In this document: positions 56,282-64,000 of the stretch, piece after piece
Layout: every line of letters begins with the position of its first letter
Numbering within the stretch: position 1 is the stretch's first letter
Assembly: GCA_951406725.2 (NCBI GenBank)
Contig: OX597821.1
Span: 92,938,001-93,002,000 of the forward strand
Direction: 5' to 3'
Length of the DNA: 64,000 nt
DNA from: Octopus vulgaris
Lineage: Eukaryota
Notes under the pieces: model-generated
Databases searched by the model: none
Told to the model about the DNA's origin: nothing
The model's input: only the letters and a program-made list of their open reading frames with translations
Program-made: the position numbers and the translations under genes

Positions 56282-56285
<4 letters not shown>
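55772..56285 (+). mobile_element. (TA)n-embedded element with an inverted 5' arm and a hammerhead motif
   Basis: 55772-55825 is the reverse complement of 56073-56125. Motif at 55997-56078: CUUUC-CUGGUGA-GAAGA..UCUUC-GAAA-C-AUAU-G-UC-GAGAG. Confidence 0.72.
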
Positions 56286-56341
<56 letters not shown>

Positions 56342-56451
56342 CATACATACATATATATATTCGTGTATGTGTATACATCCTTATAAACATGTATGTATAA
56401 TCTTACATGCACACATTTATATACACACATATATATATATACAATATTTAT

Positions 56452-56518
<67 letters not shown>

Positions 56519-57066
56519 AATATATACATATATATCTGTGAGTGTGTGTGTGTGTATGTGTGTGTATGTGTGTGTGTGTATGTGTGTGTGTGTATGTGTG
56601 TGTGTGTATGTGTGTGTGTGTGTGTAAAAGTATCTTCTATACGTGATATGTAAACGAGTCTATGAACCTATGTGTGAGGTTACATATATGTCTTACTGTT
56701 CTTAGATCTATTTTTGTATATTTTTTTCTCTAAGAATCATAAGTTATCTCTGAAGAACTAAGTTATAGAAATTTCTAGAACAAGACAAAAATTGAAACTA
56801 AGAAAGCATATATGAAATAGTTATAATGAATACGTATGTTTTGTTTCACATTTATCTATTATTTATAAATATTATCTATATATTATTAATACATTATGTG
56901 TTTTTTTTATATACATTATTTTGTAATATGTATCATTTATTTTATTGTATTTCAAAAGATTTTGTGGGGTATGGATCAGAAAGTAAGGCACAAAGTGATA
57001 AAATTGCATTAAAAGCTTCTTTGTGTGTGTGTATATTTATGTGTGTGTGCGTATGTGTGCGTGCGT

Positions 57067-57098
<32 letters not shown>

Positions 57099-57435
57099 AT
57101 CTAGGTGTGTATAATGTATATGACAGGCTGGAAATGTGTTTGCTTATCTGTGTAATCTTATCTATATGTGATGTTAATATATATACATATATATATATAT
57201 ATAACATATGTATATACATATACAATACACATATACATGTATATATATTACAAATATACATATAAACATATATATATATATATATACACATATATATTTA
57301 CATATATATATATTTATACTTATTTATATATATGCATTCACAGAATTGTATACACATACTTATATGAATGTATGTATGCACACACATATTCATATATATT
57401 ATATGTGTGTATATACAAAGTTATGTATTTGTATG

Positions 57436-57484
<49 letters not shown>

Positions 57485-58474
57485 TTACGCACATGTATGC
57501 ACATATTGGTATATATATATATGAATGTGTGTATATATACACACACACATCCACTACCACCACCACCACACATACATACACACACATATTTATAACACTA
57601 TCAGCAGTAACTATTTTCTCAAATGGAATAAAGCGACTTTGGAAGCAAAACATGAATAATAGCCTTTAAAATATTTTTGCTGTGCTGAATATTCAAAGAG
57701 AATATAGCATCTTGGAAAAGCAGAAAAAAAAAAATATCCTATCAGATGATTTTTCTGAATCAAAGAGCAGGAAAAACAGTGTAAGAATTTCAAGTGTGAT
57801 TTTCACAGATACTTTATGGTAAAAGATGAAGAATAAAGAGAGCAAAGATACTAGAATGGGAAGCAATAATCTCTTAAAGTCTTCCTTATTCTTCTCACTA
57901 GATTTTGTTATTGTTGCTAATGTCCCTCTTGCTGTTATTGCTTGTGTTTGTTTTTGTTTTTGTTTGTCTGTTTTTGTTCTTGTTATTGTTTCTGCTACTT
58001 CAGTTGTTGTTGTTGTTGTTGTTTTTGCTTTTATGCTGGAAGAGGGAAGGAGTATGGTTTGTGTTGGATAAAGGTTGAATGTATATTATGGATTTCGTAT
58101 TCATAGAGACATGCCTGCTTGCAATTAACCCGGGTTTGTGTAGAAATATGCATACATATAGACATATATATATATATATATATATATATACGTACATAGT
58201 TACATGCACACTTACTTATATACAGACATATACATACATACGCATCGTACATACTTAATTACATACATACCTACGAATACATTGAAGAAATACAGGTATA
58301 TATGTCAACATTATAGCTACTAGCTTAAAGATGCTTAACTGCAAGTTGCTATATAGTTGTAAGTTCAAACTTTGCTACTGGACTCAAAGTTTTCCAAAGA
58401 TATGACATTTTACTTTGATTAACACAGTACACCTGGCCAGCAATAAGAGTCCACTCTCTATTCCTTGATGTGCA

Positions 58475-58820
58475 ATCTACCTCGCTCATCTTGACCAGCC
58501 AGACTGTCAGATGTCACTTTGAATTCATTGGCCACAGCATTTCATTCATTCCGTTCTCGATTTTACCCTCCTTCTCCACTGAAGTTCCATTATTCTCTTT
58601 ATATTATCAAACCCATTTGAATAGAGGCTTTCTGCTTAGCAGTTTCTGCTCATAAGGGTGCTACTCAACAACTGCATGAGACTACTGATTATCGGTGCAC
58701 CATGCAACATGACTGGCCCATCTGAGTTTGTTCAGACAGTATTTGGCAATAACATCCTTCACTCTGATTTTTACCCTGAGCTCTTTGAGAGATCACATCA
58801 TATGTGCAATGACCAGTGAC
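58475..58820 (-). mobile_element. Decayed RTE-clade LINE 3' fragment
   Basis: Minus strand ELRVKIRVKDVIAKYCLNKLRWASHVAWCTDNQ*SHAVVE*HPYEQK resembles KLRWAGHVARRTDNRW..EW.P. Confidence 0.75.
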
Positions 58821-58951
58821 AAGAAAAGAGAATGCTTAGTAATTAAAAATTAATACCAATATAACAATGAAACAATTTACAAAGAAGAAAATTACTGGAT
58901 ATAAAGCGAATTTAGAATAAATATTCATGTATTCATGTATTCAATATTCAT

Positions 58952-59360
58952 AGGTGCAGGAGTGGCTGTGTGGTAAGTAGCTTGCTAACCAACCACATGG
59001 TTCCGGGTTCAGTCCCACTGCGTGGCATCTTGGGCAAGTGTCTTCTGCTATAGCCCCGGGCCGACCAATGCCTTGTGAGTGGATTTGGTAGACGGAAACT
59101 GAAAGATGCCCGTCGTATATATGTATATATATGTATGTGTGTGTGTATTTGTGTGTCTGTGTTTGTCCCCCTAGCATTGCTTGACAACCGATGCTGGTGT
59201 GTTTACGTCCCCGTCACTTAGCGGTTCGGCAAAAGAGAGCGATAGAATAAGTACTGGGCTTACAAAGAATAAGTCCCGGGGTCGATTTGCTCGACTAAAG
59301 GCGGTGCTCCGGCGTGGCTGCAGTCAAATGACTGAAACAAGTAAAAGAGTAAAGAGAGAG
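58952..59360 (+). mobile_element. tRNA-derived SINE family A
   Basis: Near-consensus full-length copy. Confidence 0.92.
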
Positions 59361-60734
59361 TATGTATGTGTAGAGAGGCCTCAATGCCATGTTGACTCAA
59401 TCTTTTCTCTAACTAACAGCATGCTTTATGTTAATTACATCAGCCATCATATAAATTAAGCTTGCTTTCCAATTATGTGGTCTTCATTCAGGACAACTTG
59501 GGCAAGTGTCTCCCATTGTGTCTTTGAGCCAGCCAAACCTTTGTGGGCGGATTTAGATGACGCAAACTGAAAGAAGTCCATCGTATGTACATGTGTGTGT
59601 CTGTGTGTTTGTGCAAGTGTGTGTGTGTGTGCCTATCCTTATCTAGACAATGTATGATAGCTGTAAATGAACATCATACAAGTGAAGTTGTTTGGTTTCC
59701 ATGAAAAAAACATGTCTTGCCAATGGAGGAATATTATTTTACTCAAAAACTGGTGAAGGCTGGTGACAGGAATTGCACATAGCTGTAGAAAATCTGTCTC
59801 AACAAATTCTTTCTAACACATGCCAATATGAAAAAAGTGGATGTTAACTGATGCTGCTGCTGCTGATGCTGCTGCTGTTGATGATGATGCTGATGATGAT
59901 GACGACAACAATGACAATGATAATGATGATGATGATTTTATTGACCATAAATGGATGAAGAATAAAGTAAACCAAAGCAGACATAGAACTCAACTATAAA
60001 ACACTGAAACACCATTTATTCTGGTACTAAAGTGTCTCTGATAGTTTTTACCATATTTTTGCTGAAGCCAAATGGATGAAGTCTAAATGGGGCCAAGGAA
60101 GGACTTGAATTGAAGATGTGGAACAGATTTAAAATAGAGGGGAGCATTTAACATAGCATTCTAGAAAATATGGATCTGGCCCAAATGCTTTAATGGTAAA
60201 GGATTCTGCTAATGGCATCAAGGGCCAGAAGATGGGTTAAGCAGAATGATGGATAAAGATTACAATTCAAAGCAAAAACAATACTTCTGAAAGGTTTCCA
60301 TACATTTATTTTTGACCAAATTTCATGCACAAGTCTTTTGATTCATCTGAAACTTTGGTTTTAAAAAAATTGAGAAAATAATTTTCTCATGATACTGCAC
60401 ATAGGAATCAATTACCCAAAGCAAAATCCTTAACTGCACAACCATGCCTACACTCTTTCATAGCAAACATTTTAATACAGGGTAGTTACACAGTTTTAAT
60501 ATTGCTTTTCTGCCTTATAACACCAAAAATATTGTGGTGTAGCAGAATTTATCCCAGTTTCAGCAGCATTATGCATTTGAGAGAAATTGCAGTCCCTTGA
60601 TAAAGTTTCACTCCTTCATTGATTTTTGTATTTTGGCCTCAGAACTATATTGTTTATTGGAGTGATTTGTTCTCTGTGATACATATTTTCAGCTAGGAAA
60701 ACTTAGCCCACGAGTGCTAAGCATCTTAACAAAA

Positions 60735-60952
60735 TATTCTTTTCTACTCTAGGCACAGGATCCGAAAATTTTGGGGAGGGAGCCAGTTGATAAGATCGAC
60801 CCCAGTATGCAACTGGTACCTAATATATCATCCCCGAAAGAATGAAAGGAGAAGTCGATCTCAGCGAAATTTGAACTCAGAATGTAAAGACAGATGAAAT
60901 ACTACAAAGCATTTTGCCTAGCATGCTAACGTTTCTGCCAGCTCACCGCCTT
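60735..60952 (-). mobile_element. Family B variant SINE
   Basis: B head and central domain with the alternative tail; TAACAA(A/T)ATATT-like flanks. Confidence 0.78.
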
Positions 60953-62204
60953 ATTCTAACAATATATTAACCAATGATGGTCCACCTGACAAATCACAAA
61001 CTACTATATGTACTGTTTCACTTCTATTCCATTTCTATCACTACTATGACCTTTATTCTAGACTTGTTAATAACAAAGTCCTTCCACTTATGCCCAACTG
61101 ACATTTCTCTTACACCAGCCATCATCACATTTGTAATTCATATCCCAGACCCCACACTAATCACTTTTCAACCAACCTTCAACACCCTAGAATTTATTCT
61201 CCATCTACCATTTTCTGAAGCAAATTTCTATAGTCTGACTCTCTAACACACTTATATATCATATCATACTATTGTTTACATAGCCTACAGGTACTTTTAA
61301 TCTTCTCAAATTCAGCAGCCTGAAAGACAAGGGGCAAAGGATCTCTCCTTGGTGAGTTTTTAATGAAAAATGAAATTAGTCAGTTCGATCTCCATTTCAA
61401 GTGGAAAATGTCTCTGCATTGTCACAGTAAGAGCAAATTTCTACATATTTATTAAAAATATGATAAATGACTTCATATGAGTATGTGCATGTGTGTATAT
61501 ATGTGTGTGTCTGTCTGTGTGTGGAGGGTATTTTGGGCAGGTTGGTGGGTGCATATAAATACACACACATACATACATATATATATATATATATACATGT
61601 ATACACGTACACATATATACATCTTTGTATTCATAAGTTTCTTGTCATGATGATGATGATAATGTTAATGGATATGGTGATTGTAATGTTAGATATGCTA
61701 TCACAGAGACAGAGAAACAGTATGAACTCCTAGCCACAACAGCCACAATTTTCTAATTACAGAGTCATTTATCAAACTACATTATATCGATTGCACCAAG
61801 ATCTAAATTAAAACCCCTGCTACACAAATGTCCTATGATTCACCCCAATGTCTTACTGAGATAGAAAACCATTTTATCAAATCAACATTTAAGTTAAATG
61901 ACCGACCTAAATGGCTTGACTAAAATGTCGCAATTAAATGGCCCGATGAAAGGCCATCTGCTTGAATGCCACCAGCAATATAGAGTCGTTTTGAAAACGA
62001 CCTTGTTAAATGTTGTGTTTAATTGAATTCTCTGAAGAGCAAAGAGCTGGGGGACTGGAGAGTGTATAAATTATACTGGTGAATATATTGTATTGTTAGG
62101 ATCATTATTCTAGTATAATAAATGAATTTGGACAAATTTTGCAGTACATGGTTACCTGATTATTACCAGAACAACAACGTGTAACAAACAACTCTAACAG
62201 CTAT

Positions 62205-62695
62205 AATAACTTTCTTAATGATGCTTATCACAGCAGCTCATCACTCTGTTGATACTCCTGGGAGCTTGGCTTTTGTGTAAGGATATTTACTACAATTCAT
62301 GTCAATACTGATACTCCTAAGAACTTAGCTTTTGTTTTATGTTGTTCACCAGACTTAATCACAAAACTAATACTTCAAAAATTTAGCTTTTGCTTAACAA
62401 ATCACATCACAACTCAGTACTGATATTCTTAGGAGCTTACTGTTTGCTTTATGGTACTCACCTCAGTTCATTTCAGGAGAGATACTCTTGATTGCTTAGC
62501 TTATGCTTTATGATACTCACCAAAGGGCGCACACTCTCCTACCCTGATGTAATCTCCAGGGATACAGGCATCCAGCAACAGGACCTCCATAATGCCATGA
62601 TGGACCATGAAGTCTGGCGTAGCATGGTAAATTCCATTGTCTCGACCACGGTCGAACAATGATGATGATGAAAGTTAATTTCAATACTGATATTT
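62205..62695. repeat. Degenerate ~59-bp minisatellite (5-6 units)
   Basis: Recurring gatactc.t..gagcttagcttttg.ttta.g...ctcac..a.ttca units. Confidence 0.75.
62526..62670 (+). mobile_element. Short RTE/RTEX-like LINE 3' end inserted in the minisatellite
   Basis: GRTLSYPDVISRDTGIQQQDLHNAMMDHEVWRSMVNSIVSTTVEQ*, (TGA)n tail, AAAG duplicated at the junctions. Confidence 0.75.
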
Positions 62696-62970
62696 TTGTT
62701 GTAAATCAGAAGAGTAGAAGATTAAGTTGTTCCCTTGAATGAAATTCATTCTATCAACTGCTACCGTGATAATGAAGAATTTTCGAGGATGAGAGAGGAA
62801 GATTTTGGCATGAGTCATAAATAAACTGATTGTCCATTCAGTAAGAGTTAATTTGCTGGTTTCTTCTGACAAGCCACACGGCCAAAGCTTAGAACAGAGT
62901 ACAAATGAAATTCATTTGGTCCATTACTGTAGATTCACCTTGGTAGTTTAGATAGAGAAAAAGACCTATG

Positions 62971-63390
62971 GGCGCAGGAGTGGCTGTGTGGTAAGTAGCT
63001 TGCTAATCAACCACATGGTTCTGGGTTCAGTCCCACTGCGTGGCATCTTGGGCAAGTGTCTTCTACTACAGCCCTGGGCCGACCAATGCCTTGTGAGTGG
63101 ATTTGGTAGACGGAAACTGAAAGAAGCCGGTCGTATATATGTGTATATATATATATGTATATATATGTGTATGTGTGTGTGTTTGTGTGTGTGTGTTTGT
63201 CCCCCTAGCATTGCTTGACAACCGATGCTGGTGTGTTTACGTCCCCGTCACTTAGCTGTTCGGCGAAAGAGACCGATAGAATAAGTACTGGGCTTACAAA
63301 GAATAAGTCCTGGGGTCGATTTGCTCGAATAAAGGCGGTGCTCCAGCATGGCCGCAGTCAAATGACTGAAACAAGTAAAAGAGTAAAAGA
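62971..63390 (+). mobile_element. tRNA-derived SINE family A
   Basis: Near-consensus full-length copy. Confidence 0.92.
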
Positions 63391-63510
63391 CCAAAGGTGG
63401 GATTTGAACTCAGAACAATGATGTAATGAACCCAGCCTTGTTTCCTACCATATCATTTACCTGTTTAACGTGAAAGCAATAATGATGATAATAAGAACCT
63501 TAATAACAAC

Positions 63511-63737
63511 ACTCTTTTACTCTTTTACTTGTTTCAGTCTTTTGATTGTGGCCATGCTGGAGCACCACCTTCAGTGGAGCAAATCGACCCCAAGACTTAT
63601 TCTTTGTATGCCTAGTACTTATTCTATCAGACACTTTTGCTGAACTGCTAAGTTACGGGGATGTAAACACACCAGCATCAGTTGTCAAGCGATGTTGGGG
63701 GAACAAACACAGACACATAAACATATACACACACGTA

Positions 63738-63793
<56 letters not shown>

Positions 63794-63958
63794 TACGACG
63801 TGCTTCTTTCAGTTTCCATCTACCAAATCCACTCACAAGGCTTTGGTCAGCCCGAGGCTATAGTAGAAGACACTTTCCCAAGGTGCCACACTGTGGGACT
63901 GAACCCAGAACCATGTGGTTGATAATCAAGCTACTTACCACACAGCCACTTTTATGCC
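63511..63958 (-). mobile_element. tRNA-derived SINE family A
   Basis: Reverse copy lying tail-to-tail with 62971-63390. Confidence 0.88.
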
Positions 63959-64000
63959 TAATGATTTTGTTTATAAAGGCCTTAAAATTAAGGAAACTGA

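Overview
AT-rich, microsatellite-dense animal genomic DNA with no supportable host protein-coding gene, so it is intergenic or part of a very large intron. The SINE repertoire and microsatellite load suggest an octopus (coleoid cephalopod) genome; this is an inference. Nearly all ORFs in the track are microsatellite or repeat artefacts. The window is a mosaic of mobile elements: at least five recurrent SINE-like families (several with clean target-site duplications); decayed LINE fragments (CR1, RTE, R4/Dong); a Neptune-type Penelope-like GIY-YIG fragment; a decayed DD37D (maT) transposon; intact piggyBac, hAT and Helitron non-autonomous elements; and a CpG-rich solo LTR. The most interesting signal is a set of short insertions from several families, mostly in or beside (TA)n tracts, that carry minimal hammerhead-ribozyme motifs and often fold-back or partial-tandem structure. 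These include a ~517-nt retrozyme-like unit at 40409-41085 and a family whose four readable copies all carry a non-canonical CUGUNGA core. All calls were made by eye; no searches or folding programs were run.
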